DNA of 64,000 bases from Antechinus flavipes (Eukaryota), in NCBI RefSeq assembly GCF_016432865.1, contig NC_067399.1:390662001-390726000 (forward strand), given 5' to 3'. The position numbers were made by a program, and so were the translations under genes. Below are positions 1 through 20,418 of this stretch, one piece after another; the stretch's first letter is position 1; every line of letters begins with the position of its first letter. Below the pieces are notes generated by a model. It was not told the DNA's origin and made no database searches. It worked only from the letters and a program-made list of their open reading frames with translations.

Positions 1-1399
1 AAAATGAAACACACAATTCAGCATTCTGCCTGATCATACTAACAGAAAATTATAATACTACTTAACAAACCCAACTAAACATTCTGAAAAATAATTATTG
101 TGATGGGAAAAAAAAAAAAAGACTGACCCTTTATACAGTTACATTAAAGTTATATTGGGAGGACATTCAAAATGGAAATACACAGAAAGATTAATAACCC
201 AGGATTGTGTTACAAGTGAGACTTATAATGTGGTCTAATATTTCCAGTAGCTAAACATTCTCAAATTGGGTTAAACACAAATTTGAATTTTTCAGACTTC
301 TAAGCTATAGTAAAATCATGCTCCAAAGAGCCTATAATTTATCAAGCTAGTCATAGGTTCCTAAAGATGTCCAAAGAGGCTGACACCAAAGTACTAAACT
401 TCCCAACTCTGAAACTGTTCAACAGAGACTAGGTGACTAGCTGTATATGTGTTTCCTGTACACAGTGACATACTGGACTTTTTGTAAATCTTTTAGACCC
501 TTCTAACTTTAATATTCTATTACCGTATCTCTAGCTTTTCTTTTTTGGCTTTAATAATATAAGATATAAATGAGCATATAGTATTATCCAATTCCTCTTA
601 CCAAAATGTCAACCAAATCTTAATAGTTTCAACCTGTACTTTATGAAAATACTACCTGTGAAACAAGAAAAGTTAGATATACTTAAGGAAACCTGCCAAG
701 GGGGAAGCTGAAAAATTTTGACAATGATTTATAGGAAAAAAAAAGAAAATTTGGACATGATATGTATGTAACTAATATTCCTTTTTATGATATCGTCTAA
801 TGTCTGCTTCTTGCCTGATAGTCATATCCTACAGAGGCTTTACCACTTCTTCTTGTGGTTTCAATCACAGGAAACAGACGTCACCCATGAGCCTAGAAGT
901 AACTAACGAAATAACCCATGGCGGATGCAAAGAGCTGCCAACTAAAGCCAACTCCCACTATCTCTAAATAGTAGAGCTAAGATATCACCAGGGACCTCCT
1001 TATTGAGAGAATCTTTCAAAGTCTACTAAAGCTAAAAATTCTATATGTTTTCAGTTGGCTAAAGGAGCTTTAGCACCCTAATTTTAAGTTCTTTACATCA
1101 ATCATTCAGAAGAATGAGCCAGAAAGATAATAAAGAGTTGAAGAGTTCATTCTCTGACTGCATTAGACTCTTTTTATTGGAGAAGTTACTATCCTACTCC
1201 CTGCCTCAATCTTACTCTTTGACCCCATCTCTTTACAACAGAAGGCCTAGGTGCACCCACTGATATAATATTTAAATTTTATTTTTAAATAAAGATTTTC
1301 ATCCTGCTTCTATTTTTTTTAACTTGAAAAAAAATGTGCTGTAACAACTTACAATTTGGTCTTTTGGGGATCAGATTAGAGATAACATGGGAAATAAAT

Positions 1400-1515
1400 T
1401 CTAGTCTTGGCTCTGTCACTGATGATTTGTGACCTTAGGCAGGTGACTTCCCCTCTTTGAGCTTCAGTTTGCTCATTTTGTAAAATAAAGGGATTTAGGT
1501 AGAAGATCCCTAAAG
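1400..1515 (+). mobile_element. MIR-type CORE-SINE fragment
   Basis: tgtgaccttaggcaggtgacttcccctctttgagcttcagtttgctcattttgtaaaat. Confidence 0.7.
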
Positions 1516-2807
1516 TAGACAGAAGGTTCTTCATGTTTCTACTCCAATTACATGTAACAATCATAGGATCAAGATTAGACTGCAGAAATAAGGATTCATT
1601 TCTCTAAATCTGAAATAATTAGTGAAAACACAGATGGGTGGATAAAAATTCATGAAGAGAAAAAAATCAAATAGTTTTAATATCTCTACTTTGGTAGCAG
1701 AGAAATAGCCCTGAAATTCTAACTCTAATATAAATATATTCACATTTTCAGATTTTTACTATCTTTCTAAGAGCAGAAAATCACCATCCTACATTCCAAT
1801 CTGGCAGACCAAAATGAAAGATGCATGCTTTAAAGGAGAGAAAATAAAAGACATTATCTACTCATTACCAATGTTCTTTTACCCTTGCTTTCTATAAGTA
1901 ATTTCAAAAGATCCAAGGATTTTTTAGTCAGCTCAAGAGCTTTTATCAAATGGTTTTCTCTCACTTCTATAACCTTAAAGGAAAAGAAAAAAGTCCATTT
2001 TGGCTGAAATGGAGAGTGCTACAATTCAAATCAGAGAATATTTAAGCTCATATAGAATATTTAAGCCACAATACTAGGCACTGAGTGACCTGCAAAGTTT
2101 AGATAATATAAGTCTCTGTCTTAAGGGATACATGCCAGATAGAGAAATAAGACACATAATAAACAAATAACTATAGTACAAACTAGAAAATAGTGTAACA
2201 CACTGAAAAAGAGGGTTAAATATGGAGCCAGGAGGTCTAGGCTCTAACAATATCCCATACCCTCTTTGGCTTTCAATTTCTTTACCTCTAAAGTAATCCT
2301 ATGCCCTCCAACTCTAAAATTACATGATTCTAAAAAATTATCTCCCTTAAAATCTAAGTTCTCCTTCTACCACATATTACCTTTATCCTTCTCTGAACTA
2401 TAACTTTCACAGTCAATATCAAATAATGGCATGTCATGAAGTAATCATCTTCTTCTCTGTTTCTGGACTAGCAAAGAAATTATAAGTTCCTGGAAGTCAG
2501 AGACCAAAACAGCAGCACCTATAACAATATCATTACTCTAAATACTCTTGATTATTCATTAAATTAACATAATGGAAGTCATTTACTTTACTAGAAGAAT
2601 TAGATGAATAACAAAAACCATAGAGTATATATACTCTAGTAAGGACAAAAGAAACTTCAGATTCTCTCTCCATCACTATTACTCTACCAGGTCCAGATCA
2701 AGCAGAAAATACTCATTTTTAGAAGGTTTCTTGCAGAAATCACTTCATGATTAATAACTATGAGCAAATAATTCAAAGCATAATCTATATTCAAAAAGAG
2801 ACCTATG

Positions 2808-3577
2808 TAGCAAGAAACTGAAAACTGAATGGATGCCCCTTCAGTGGAGAATGGCTGAATAAGTAAGTTATGGTATACGAATGCCATGGAGTATTATTGT
2901 TCTATAAAAAATGATCAGCTGGATGATTTCAGAGATGCCTGGAGAGACTTACATGAACTGATGCTAAGTGAAATGAGCTGAACTAGGGAAGCATTATACC
3001 CGGCAACATCAATATTATATGTCAATCAATTCCGATGACTGCGACCCTTTCTAACAATGAGATGATTGATGCCAGTTCCAATTTTCTTGTGATGAAGAGA
3101 GCCATCTATACCCAAGAGAGGAATATGGGAACTGAATATGGATCACAACATAACATTCTCATTCTTTTTGTTGTTTGTTTGCATTGTTTTCTTACTCATT
3201 TTCTTTCTTTTTTGATCTGATTTTTCTTATGCAGCAAGAAAATTGTATAAATAGGTTTACATATATTGTAATGTATGTAATATGTAAATTTTACATATTT
3301 ATTTTATTTTTTATTTTAAATATGTAATTTAAATTTTTTTTTTATTTTAATATGTAAAACATATTGGATTACTTGCCATCTAGGGGAGGGGATGGGGGAA
3401 AGGAGAGGAAAATCTGAAACACAAGGCTATGCAAGGGTCAATGTTGAAAAATTATCCATATATATGTTTTGAAAATAAAGCTTTAAAAAAATAAAATTAA
3501 AATTACAAAGTAGTTAGCATGGGAAAAAAATAATTCCCTAAATTCAATTCCCTAAAAAAAAAAAGGGGGGGGGGGGG
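2808..3577 (+). mobile_element. 5'-truncated L1 (end of ORF2 plus 3'UTR), marsupial type, with 12-bp TSD
   Basis: L1 motifs catgaactgatgctaagtgaaatgagc and cttgccatctaggggagggg; AATAAA at 3474. Direct repeat AAGAGACCTATG at 2796-2807 and 3578-3589. Confidence 0.9.
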
Positions 3578-4566
3578 AAGAGACCTATGGTTATTAGCCA
3601 TTATCCACCTCTGTAGTCCTTCAGAAACAGCTTAGTACTACTACTCTATCGCAGAAGTCACATGGAAGAACCACCAAAAAAATGTTACAAGAACAGTTTC
3701 TCCTTCCCCTTTCCCATAATCACCACTTGTTCTATTTAATTTACACAGCAAAATTCCTGACAGGTGACATTGTTTCATTTACATAAGAGACTATGTTACA
3801 CTCAAAAGCTACTCACTCACCTTTCTACTGACCTATGATTCAAGAAAAAAGACAAGCTGCCTGGACTTAAAGCAACACAGTTGTTTCCTGCACATCTAAA
3901 GGATAAGCAAAGTTCAATTAACTTTTGGAAATTTTTCCTATTTTTCAAGTCTGGGGGAAAAGGATGAAAAACAGATAAACCTTCACCACTACAATCTTTA
4001 CAGAGATCAATGAACTTTCTGACAGAATCCACAATACCCTTTAATATCAAGGAAATCACTTTAACTTTCAATGTTCTTAGGCAACCTTTTAAGATTCTAA
4101 GTGGCAAAACATTTATAATCTGCCTTGATAGGTTTCTCCACTAGGAGTTAATTTATTCATACCAGTGAAATTAAGAAACAGATTAAAAAACAAAGTTACT
4201 GATCCAAGCAACAAAGAAATAAGTTCATTTAATCTTTTCTCTACCCTTCTCTCTGGTGCTATCTGTTCCTTTTCTAAAAATTACTTTTATTATTCCAAAT
4301 AACTTAAGATAGGGGAGGAGAGTTGTAATTTAAGCAAATTAGAACAATCAATAATGCTTAGATTTTGTTTCTAGAATGCAGACTAATTTAAAACAATTTT
4401 GAAACATTACCTTACATCCATGAAATTATCAAGGATAAGATAAGAATACAAAGAAATACGAGAAAATATGAAATGAATAAGAGTTAAGAAAACCAAAACA
4501 AAAGAGTATAAAAATTCAGACAAGTTGATGACTTTGTCAACTACCTTGTTAAGTTAATATATACAA

Positions 4567-4761
4567 TGTATCTAGGATATACTGCAACATATTTAACATA
4601 TATAGGACTGCTTGCCATCTTGGGGGGAGGGGGAGGGAGGAGGGAGGGAGGGGAAAAAACGAAACATAAGTGATTGCAAGGGACAATGTTGTGTAAAAAT
4701 TATCCTGGCATGGATTCTGTCAATACAAAGTTATTATTAAATAAAATTAAATTAAAAAAAA
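4567..4761 (+). mobile_element. L1 3'-terminal fragment with polyA and 16-bp TSD
   Basis: tgtatctaggatatactg...cttgccatcttggggg...attctgtcaat, then an A-rich tail. Direct repeat AAGTTAATATATACAA at 4551-4566 and 4762-4777. Confidence 0.9.
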
Positions 4762-6667
4762 AAGTTAATATATACAAGTTGTTGATTTCACGAACAGGAA
4801 TAAATAACAGGAAAAAAGTACAAGTATTTTTAGTTAGTAGTTGGGTTTTTTCCTTGTTCTTGTTCATATATCTTAATATACATATGTACACTGAAATTAA
4901 ACTAAATTTTAAAGTAGAACATAAGCTCCTATTCGCATCATGTTTATATGCAATTTGCAACTCTTTTCCCTCGGGATATTTTCACCTGAAACAAAGGTGA
5001 AGGTAGATAAAATTATGTCAATATTCTGGGCTAGCCTTAGTAATCTCCATTTATCATTAAGAATCTTTCCTCCATTTACTGAAGTACAATTACTTAAAAG
5101 TTGTATAATTAATCAAAATAAACTGGAATTGTCGTCTTTTGATTTTTTTTAAATTTTAAAAATTGTTCACTAATGCGTAAATGTGTGTATTTGCAAAAGA
5201 AAGGTAGGGGAAGAGCTATAAATGGTTTCCAAATGTTTAAAGGAGTTAATTTTTGTTTGGGGGCTTTCTTCCTTTTAGATTTCAGGACTAAAACTTAAAA
5301 ATACCTTGGTGCAACAAGCAAGATCCATACTCCTGTTTCCCAACAGGGTTGGAAGTTCATTTGGCTCCAATTACCCCAGGAAGAGAAGGGACAAGGAGGA
5401 AGAAGGAAGAAAAAGATGGGTAGGGTCAGAGTAGTAACTTTTCCCTATTCACCTCACCTACTTAGTGGCAAACATTCTGTAGCCTTTTGTTAGAAGAGAG
5501 GGGATAATTTTTAAAAGCTATTTAAAGGCTTTTAAATAATTTTTAAAATATTTTACTAAGAAGGTATAGCAAACATTGAAATATAAAAAAAAACCCCAGC
5601 AAATCAAAAGGCACACTCTCAAGTAAGTAGCTTCAAATTAAAAAAAAAAAATTATAGGGAATGGTAAATAAAGAGGACATTATATAGGAAAAAACACATT
5701 TTTTGTAAAAAAATAATAATAATAATAATAAGTATGAAATCTGCTTTTACAAAAATTAAGTTTAAGAAAGGATTGGGGAAACTCTAGTGTTTCCAAAAGT
5801 TGTGCATTATTTTAATCAATTAAACTGTAGATAATTTCTGAATATTAGGATGCTAATTCCTTGTCTCCATAAATTTCTTCTATTGGCTTCATGCACACAA
5901 GATTTATACCTAGAATTACCATGTATCTATTAAACTGTGTTTCACTGCAGATAAAACGATCCCTTATGTATAATACACAACATCTATTTGTAAAGTGCAT
6001 CAGGACCCCTAAATTAGTCTCATCTGATACACAGGCCAACAACAAAGTTTAATTATTTTCTCATTTTTTATTATCTAGGTCTTTCTTTCTTTCTTTCTTT
6101 TTTTTTTTTTAAATTTCAGCAGATCTTTACAAGAATATCTACTTTTAAGGACATTTCTCCCTTGGCAGGGAATTTAATTTTGGTTGCACAGTCAGCTACA
6201 GTATACATTGAGTGAAAGAGGATTTCCTTTGAGGCTAGTCTAAATGTACCAGTCACTGTCACCAAGTAATCCTGTAGAGTGTCTTTACAGACACAGCTGG
6301 AAGAAGAAATTTTCAGGTCATTTTACAATCTGAAATATAATTCCTACAGACCATCCTTTATCCCAGGTGTTAAAATCCTTGGCTTTAGTACCACTTCTAA
6401 AACACAAAAATTGTGCGAAGTTTCTGGATGGCCTGCTCCAACTTTTCCAATCATAGTTAATATCTTCTTTAAAGGCAGACAATGAGAAATTTGCACAAAA
6501 GCTTAGGACAATAAGTATTTTTTATTTATAGCTTTAGTGTTGATTAATCCCTATTTGACATCCTATTTTTCTGACTCTTGACTGACCTCTCTCAAAAATC
6601 TTTATATAAGTTCAGACAAAAAAAAAAAAATCTAAATTATTCCCCAATGTAGTCTAACTGGAACAAA

Positions 6668-6708
6668 ATAAATAAATAAATAGATAGATAGATAGATAGA
6701 ACAGACAG
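6668..6708. repeat. (AAAT)n(AGAT)n microsatellite
   Basis: aaataaataaataaatagatagatagatagatag. Confidence 0.9.
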
Positions 6709-8584
6709 AAAAGGGAAAGTCATGTTTGAAGATGCTTCAAATTAAAGATGAAAGAAAACTCCTCCACTTCTAGTTTTTCTTATTTAAATGCTTTATAAAG
6801 TTATGTTTCTAGCATAAATAAACCTATAAAGGGAGCAACTTTAGGGGGAACTCAAAAGGTAAAGCATTTTCTCATAAATGTTTCTCTTTTTCATATATGT
6901 GACTGCCATTAAATATGAGGACTAAAGAGTCAGACACGATACTTCTCTTACAATCACATTTTAGAAATAGCTTTAAGCAATCATGCCAGACTGGGACTGT
7001 CAGTCTTGTTTACCACTACTGAAAGAGGAGGGTTTACACCAAATTCTGCTAAATGAGATTTCTATTATTCACCTACAAGCTAAGACTTTCTCAACAGATG
7101 GTTTTAAAAAATAAATAAATAAAAGGCATATCCATGAATATGTGTGAATCAAACTCACTAAGAACAAGAGGAGAGCATCAAGCAGCCTTTTTCTAATTGC
7201 TATGACATATAGCAATAAAAATTACATAGATACCACACAATAGCCATTTAAAGTTAGGTTTCATCTCTTCTCCATACCCAAAGCACCTCAGAAACAAAAA
7301 GCAAATTCCCAACCAAATGAGACTTTATGCCTCATTGTGGATTTCCCTTTTTTTCCTCTTACTTAAATCTGACTCCTTTCCTCCTTTCCCAATAGCCTTT
7401 TCTTTTAATCCATGTCCCTCCTAAAATTTGTGATCAAAACCTTCCTAAAAGATATCAAACTCCTAAAGGGATTAGTAATACTCTCAGAACCAGATATAGT
7501 CATTGGAGGTTTTCTTAAAGAGACTCATGCTATAGTTCCAGAAAACAAACTTTAGAAAAGGCAACAACTTTGAGTTTAGAGCCTACTTCTAACAAGAAAG
7601 TCTCACTTTAAATAACAATTAAAAACAAGCAATACACCACTGGCATTTTCTCACACACAAAAAGTTGGTGCCACTCCTAACCCTAGATGTTTATAGAACT
7701 TACATTTTTTTCCCCAAAGGCAAGGAGAGGGGGGGCTAGAATGTTCTTAAACTTACTAGTTTAGAGCTTAAATTTACTAGTTAGAAGATATTTAAATAAT
7801 TCTTTCCTTAAGAAAAAAAAAATTCTCCTCACTACTTGTAATACTAGATTAGACATTTCAACAAGCTAAGGGTTAAAAATACCTTTTGAAGAAATAAGGA
7901 ACTTAAAACTCCACCCTCTCTAAAGCAAATATAGAGTCAAATACATTCACCAGATAAAGAAAGGTAACAGTAGTTTACGGAGCAGAGTGCTAGAAGTTTC
8001 TCAGCCTCGAGCAACATACATTCAATAGATTCCAAAACTCTGTGAAACATACCAGAGCTAGGCAAATCAAAGACACAAAAAAAATTCCTAAGAATGACCT
8101 GGAAAGTGTAAAAAAAGGAGCTAAGACTGTAAATCAGCAGGTCTACTTGGAATTCAGGAGAAGGACAAACTCAATGCAAAGTGACACTAAGGATTAGAAA
8201 GAAATTCCAAATAAGGGGCCTAAGAACTTTAGACTGGGAAGGAAAGCTTAATCCAGACTAAAAAAGATTCAGCAACCAATCTAGAAAAATTCAGGTGACG
8301 CTATGGTACAAAACACAACATTTTTGGGCCAAAGAGAAATTTTCTTAAACTATTATGCCCCAAGCTCAGGGTGAAGAACTAACAGCCAGTATAAAAATAT
8401 GCAATTAGTGGTCTGAAATAATGAGGCTAATTATAAAGATCGATTGTTATCAGACCTAGGGGCATCTGGTTTAACTATACATAGGCAGAAAAGAAAGCTC
8501 ATTACTTTAATCCCTTTGGCAACTACTTCAACCTTTTTACACAAGGGCTTTCCTCTTTACAACTGTGTCACTTAAGTATTAAAC

Positions 8585-8720
8585 ATATTATAGTCCTATT
8601 TTACAGACAGGTAAGTGAGGCAAAGGGAGATTAGGTGACTTGCCTATGGTAATAGGTAATAGCAGAGTTCAGCACTCAAACTAGTCACTTCAAATCTATT
8701 CCCCTTTCCATTATGTCAGC
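8585..8720 (-). mobile_element. MIR-type CORE-SINE fragment
   Basis: cctattttacagacaggtaagtgaggcaaagggagattaggtgacttgcc. Confidence 0.7.
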
Positions 8721-10578
8721 TGCTCCAGTACAAGTCATTCCTGTGTAGTACTGCATTTCCCAACATCCTAGTTAGAAAGTAGTATTTCCTTCCAATTCAT
8801 CATTTTTATCAGTTTTCTTGCCAAGTTTCTGAGAAAATTACTTGGATTGTTTGAGGGAAGTAAGGAAGAAAAGGTAGGATAAAGAAAATTATAAGCAATT
8901 TATTTCATGAGAAATAAAGTTCGTAAGGAGATTATCATCTTGAAGAAGTGAATACAGAGTTACAACTAATAAAGACTTATTAAGATCTTGTACTCAACTA
9001 AGCTCTTTAAAGGAGCCATAGATAATGTGTCTCTTGTCTTTCCAAAGTGTTAAGAGAATAAAGAGCCTCCAGGAGAAAGGAGTTGGAATGGAGGATTTAG
9101 TATGGGGGAAAGGGATGGACATTATAACAGAACATGCTAAGTAAGGGCTGCATGGTTTTCTTCAGAATGGAGTTGAAGTTGGGAACCCACAGAAAGAAAG
9201 CTATACTACTCAACACAGACAGCACTGAAGAGAATGAGGTAGAAGACAGGATGAAATGACAATAATAGAAAATGTATAAAACAATTTCATCATTCACAAA
9301 TTATTTGAAATTCTATTTTCCTCTCTACTTGTGGAGGGAGAGAATTATTATTATATTAGGGCAAGAGTCTACCCCCAAGTTTACCCCCAAGGAAGCAATA
9401 AGACAAAGGAAGAAATTCTGGAAAATAAGAATAATAAGATGACTGAGGGATATGCCTAATGGAGCAGGAGTTTATTTCTTTAAACGAAAGGACAAATATC
9501 TGAGAGGTCACATGTCAGGTAACATTCCTGAGAGCCATTATCAGATGACACTAGACTGAGGGCATAAAAGATTTTATTGGATGCAAAGTTAACAAGTAAA
9601 AAGACTAAACCATAAATCGGGAAATGGGGGTGGGATGGGAATGGGGGGAGAAGGGAGAGGGTGATAAGAGAATACCAAGAGAGGTTTAGAAAAATGAACA
9701 TGGGAAAGTACCTGGAGAAAAGAGGGTTGGGCCAAAGAAGGAACATCTAGGTTAACAGAAGGGGGAAATAGAAAGTTGGAGAGTGATTGATAGAAGGTAG
9801 GAATTAAAAGGTGAGATAGCAAAAGAGAATTAATTCAGGAAAGGTTATGGGAGAAAACGTCTGAAAAGAAGAAGTTTCATGGAATATTAGGGGAAAACAG
9901 AGAGAGCAACAACAAGCAAAGGAAGACTCAACAGGAGCTGCGAAGGTGGCTGGCTACCTGAAGATTCCCAAGGAGGGGAAGAGAAGGTGACAAGGCTGAT
10001 GAAAAAGGACTCTCCATTACCCTGTACGTAGTAACTCAACGGGGCCCAGGGTGTGGAGGAAGAGAAAGGGGAGAGTGGACAGTGGACAGAAGTAATTAAA
10101 GGTGGAGTAAATGGAGAGAAGGGGCTTAAAGGATCCAGGTTTTGGTGTGGGAAGTAGGGAGGTGAGTACCTGTGAGGCCAGGTGGCGAGGGGGGGTTGGG
10201 AAGTTTAGGGAAAGAGATAAGAAGGGAAACCAGGTTTGAAATGTTTGTTGGGACAGGTAGGAATAAAGGTGGCCCGAGCGTAGAAGAAGGGATTATGGGG
10301 AGCCCGGTCGGGGGTGGGGTAAGAGGTGGTTGAAGAGGATCAAGTCGGGGAGAGTGGCTAGAGGGGATTAAGAGGGCCAGGTGTGCACAGAGGGACTTTT
10401 GAGAGGGCAAGAAGGGCGCCAGGACTGACTCAGATCTTATAGTAGTCGGGGTACGAGGGCATTAAGGGCTTGGGGAAGCAAGAGTTGAGGAGGAACGGTG
10501 GCGAGGGTGAGCCGGATAGCAGGAAGGGCACCGGGCAAGCTGGCAGGCAGCGGGGGCGGCTCCCCGGCCGTTGGCTTA

Positions 10579-10896
<318 letters not shown>

Positions 10897-11101
10897 TCAT
10901 TAGGAGCCGAGCTGCGCGCGCCTCATGAATATCAAGTAGACTACCCCGAGCTCAGAGGCAGCCACACTTCCGTGCGGTGCCTACCAACAGTGCGTTGAAC
11001 CTGGGGGGAGTGACGACCGTTTCAACGCTCTACCTGTCCAATGGGCTCAACCACTAACCCCGATTTAGTGGGGAGGAAGTTGAGGAGTCCAGAACCAGGA
11101 A

Positions 11102-11117
11102 CAGCGCCATCTGCCGG
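11102..11117 (-). promoter_or_regulatory. CTCF-like motif between the HDAC3 3' end and the DIAPH1 promoter
   Basis: Minus strand reads CCGGCAGATGGCGCTG, matching the CTCF core CCRSYAGRKGGCRS. Confidence 0.45.
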
Positions 11118-11641
11118 ACCTCCGACAGAACCGCAAACTCTTTAACTCCACGTCCAGGCGCTGCTGGGCTGTTGTGCTTAGACGTCATGGAATACAGGGG
11201 AAATCAACCTTCCGTGGGGAAGGGGGAACTCAGAACCGGAGATGTTGGTAATGCTTCTCCACCTCCACCTCTACCGAGGTCAGCCTAGGCAGGTGACAAG
11301 CTAACCCATACACAGAGCTGGGGCTGGGTTCTCTGCCTTGTGTCACAAACCCAAACTCAGAAATCCCAACCCCATCCCTGATGTTAGCCTCAGAGTCCAA
11401 ATTCATAAATAAGTTAGGCCCCACTCTCCAGAGCTTATAAAGTATAGTTGTCCTAGGAAAAGTCCAGGGATTCAGAGAAAAGAAATAGAAGAAAAATCAC
11501 CTGATTTTCCTTGGATACATTGAATTCTATCCTCAACTCCCCTCTCACCCTCAAATTCCCCAAAATATACAAGCAACACTTGAAGGAAATACCAAATATG
11601 TAGGAAGAAGACAGTAGTAGATAAGAAAAATACTGACTCAA

Positions 11642-11647
11642 TTTATT
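11642..11647 (-). terminator. HDAC3: HDAC3 polyadenylation signal
   Basis: TTTATT on the plus strand (AATAAA on minus), about 560 nt after the stop codon. Confidence 0.7.
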
Positions 11648-12203
11648 GGATAAAAACAATGGTAAAATGGACATAAAATATGAAAAGGCAGGACACAAAA
11701 CCTCTCTCCACCTCTTCCTTTCCCAATCAAAAGGGAGTCATAAGGTAGGAAATAAATGGCAATCCTCTCCTGGTCCCTTTCCACTCCCAAACTAAAGTAT
11801 ATGTCAGAGAGGGCACAGTATGGCTGGAAACAAAAACATCATCCGTCCCCCTTCGTGTTGAAAATACCTTTGTCAAGAAGATAGGGGTCTGGGAACAGAG
11901 GGCAAACTAGAAAACTGGCCTGCAGACACATGAGACCTTTCTGACCTACCTAGAGGAGCTGACCTTACAGCTCCAAGTCAGAGCTAGAACTGTCCCCATC
12001 CCCCTGTCCAACAATGACCACCTCTGGCTTGAAGGGAAGACTGGAGGTAAGGGAAAGTAGGTTCTAGACCAGTAGTCTTTAGACTCTTCCCCACAGGATG
12101 GATGGCAAAGGCCCAGGGACACACAAGGAAGTTCACACTCTTCTTGCCACCTGCCCAACCCTGAAGTGGGAGGTAACTTTCTGTGCATCAGTTGCTTCAA
12201 GCT

Positions 12204-18699
<6,496 letters not shown>

Positions 18700-20418
18700 A
18701 GTACCGAGGGTACCAGGCCCCGCTCCTCCGCCCTCCAGGCCTGTGCGTTCTGCGTCATCGCGCGACGCCACGCCCCTTGCGGAATCTGAGGCCGCCGCGG
18801 GCTCCAAGCCGCAAGGGAGGGGGGAGGCCGAGGCCCCGCCCCACGCCAGAGATGCCACGCCCCAGACCCCAGTAGCTCCTCCCCCTCAAGGCTGGCTGCT
18901 GCTCTCGGCACTGGGGTGATTGAGCTCCGTTGGGAGGGTGGGGCCGGGCCCCAGAGGGAGGGTGTTCCTGGGGTATCCGCGGAACTTGAAGTGTTCTATC
19001 GGTCCCCGAGAAGCTGAGCATCTCAGAGATCCCCATTCCCCAAGATCCTTCAGTTCCACGTTTATTAATCATCCGGTTCATGGGCATCCCTTCCCCTCTT
19101 TCTCCTATCCGTCCTGAGAGGTAGGGGGTCCCAAGTTCCGCGGCCGGCCGCGCTGCTCCCTGGGCACTGGAGATGAGAGGCTGTCCTAAAATGCAAGGAG
19201 CTGGCGGCACACTGCCTGAAGGGAAATTGGCACCTTCCGACCTGGGATCCGAGGCTCCCAGATTCCCGGGTCGCAACCAAGAACCAGAACAAGGGGGCAC
19301 GTCGGCAGTGGTGGCCAGGGTGCTTGAGACCCCCACGGCCTGAAGGGGATACATTGACACGGAGACCCAGCCGTTTCAGACACTGTAGTGTCACGCACGC
19401 ACTCCGTCCCACACACCTGCCGCTCCGCCCCCTTTATCCCCGTGCCCGCGCAAGGAGCACAGCCGAAGAGAGAGCAGCCGGGACTAGGAGGTGGCTGCGG
19501 TAGAGCCCCCCCCATCCACCCGAATCCCCTTCCCATCCCCAACACCGAAAGCCCAGAGGACGCCTGCATCCCATCCCAGTTTCTCCTTTCCCTCCTTCCC
19601 TATCCATCGCCTTCCTGTACCCCTATCTTAACTCCCCCACCCCCCACCCCCAACCCGCCGCGGCACCAGCAGCCGCAGCCCGGAGCCGGAGCCGGAGCGG
19701 GTGAGGTGGCCTGGGGGGTGGGGAGAAGGGGGTGGGGGATGCTCTCGGGAAGGGCTCTCAGGGCAGGCTGAGAGGTACTAGGACGCTGCCGGAGCCAAAG
19801 CCGAACATACACACCGCATCCCCGGGGGCCGAGCAGAGGCCACAAGGTCAGCCGGGCCAGGGGAATTGGGGGAGGGGGCAGTCAGAAGAGGGAGGGGATT
19901 CCAGAATGTCTCTAAGAGCCAGGAATTGGAAAGCGGTGGGACAAAACTGGGGGGTAATGCAGGAAAGGAGCGTTTCAGGGGACCTGGCCTGGGGCTGCGG
20001 AGGAAATGAGGGGCCAGCGCTGACTCAGACTATGCCCAGGACGGCATCATAGAACTACGTCCAGTCTTCAGCTACAATGTCCTTGGGAGGAATGGGAATG
20101 GTGAGAGTGGGGTTTGAGTATGCAGTGAGAATATCAAAGGAAACAGGGATGGAGGTTGTATTAAGGGTATGGAAAACAACTTGCAACCCCTTATTGACCA
20201 GGTGCCCTGGGGCCTGGTGGACTAGCGCCCATTCCCTGGACAGCGCCTGGGCTAAAAGGGGAAAGGGTTCTAGATTTACTGAAGGACTGGCCTCTGGAGG
20301 GTCCTGGGAGGACTCCCGGTAGGGGTCTACAGATGGAATTCACTGCCCTCCCCTTGACCCTCATACCTGGGATTATACCGGGGCCCTGACCCCGGATCGG
20401 CCCGCCCCCCAGGGCCGT

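Noticed and set aside
6120-6485. ORF 6279-6485 and stop-poor frames on both strands in DIAPH1 intron 1
   Set aside because: No protein family recognised, no credible start or splice context; compatible with chance or an unrecognised decayed repeat.
18700-18858. In-frame 53-aa upstream extension of HDAC3 (MASLAWGG...)
   Set aside because: It starts at GTG in GC-rich promoter DNA, probably upstream of the TSS, and the known HDAC3 N-terminus begins at 18699.
20238-20247. REST/RE1-like GGACAGCGCC upstream of RELL2
   Set aside because: Only the right half-site is present; the TTCAGCACC half is missing.
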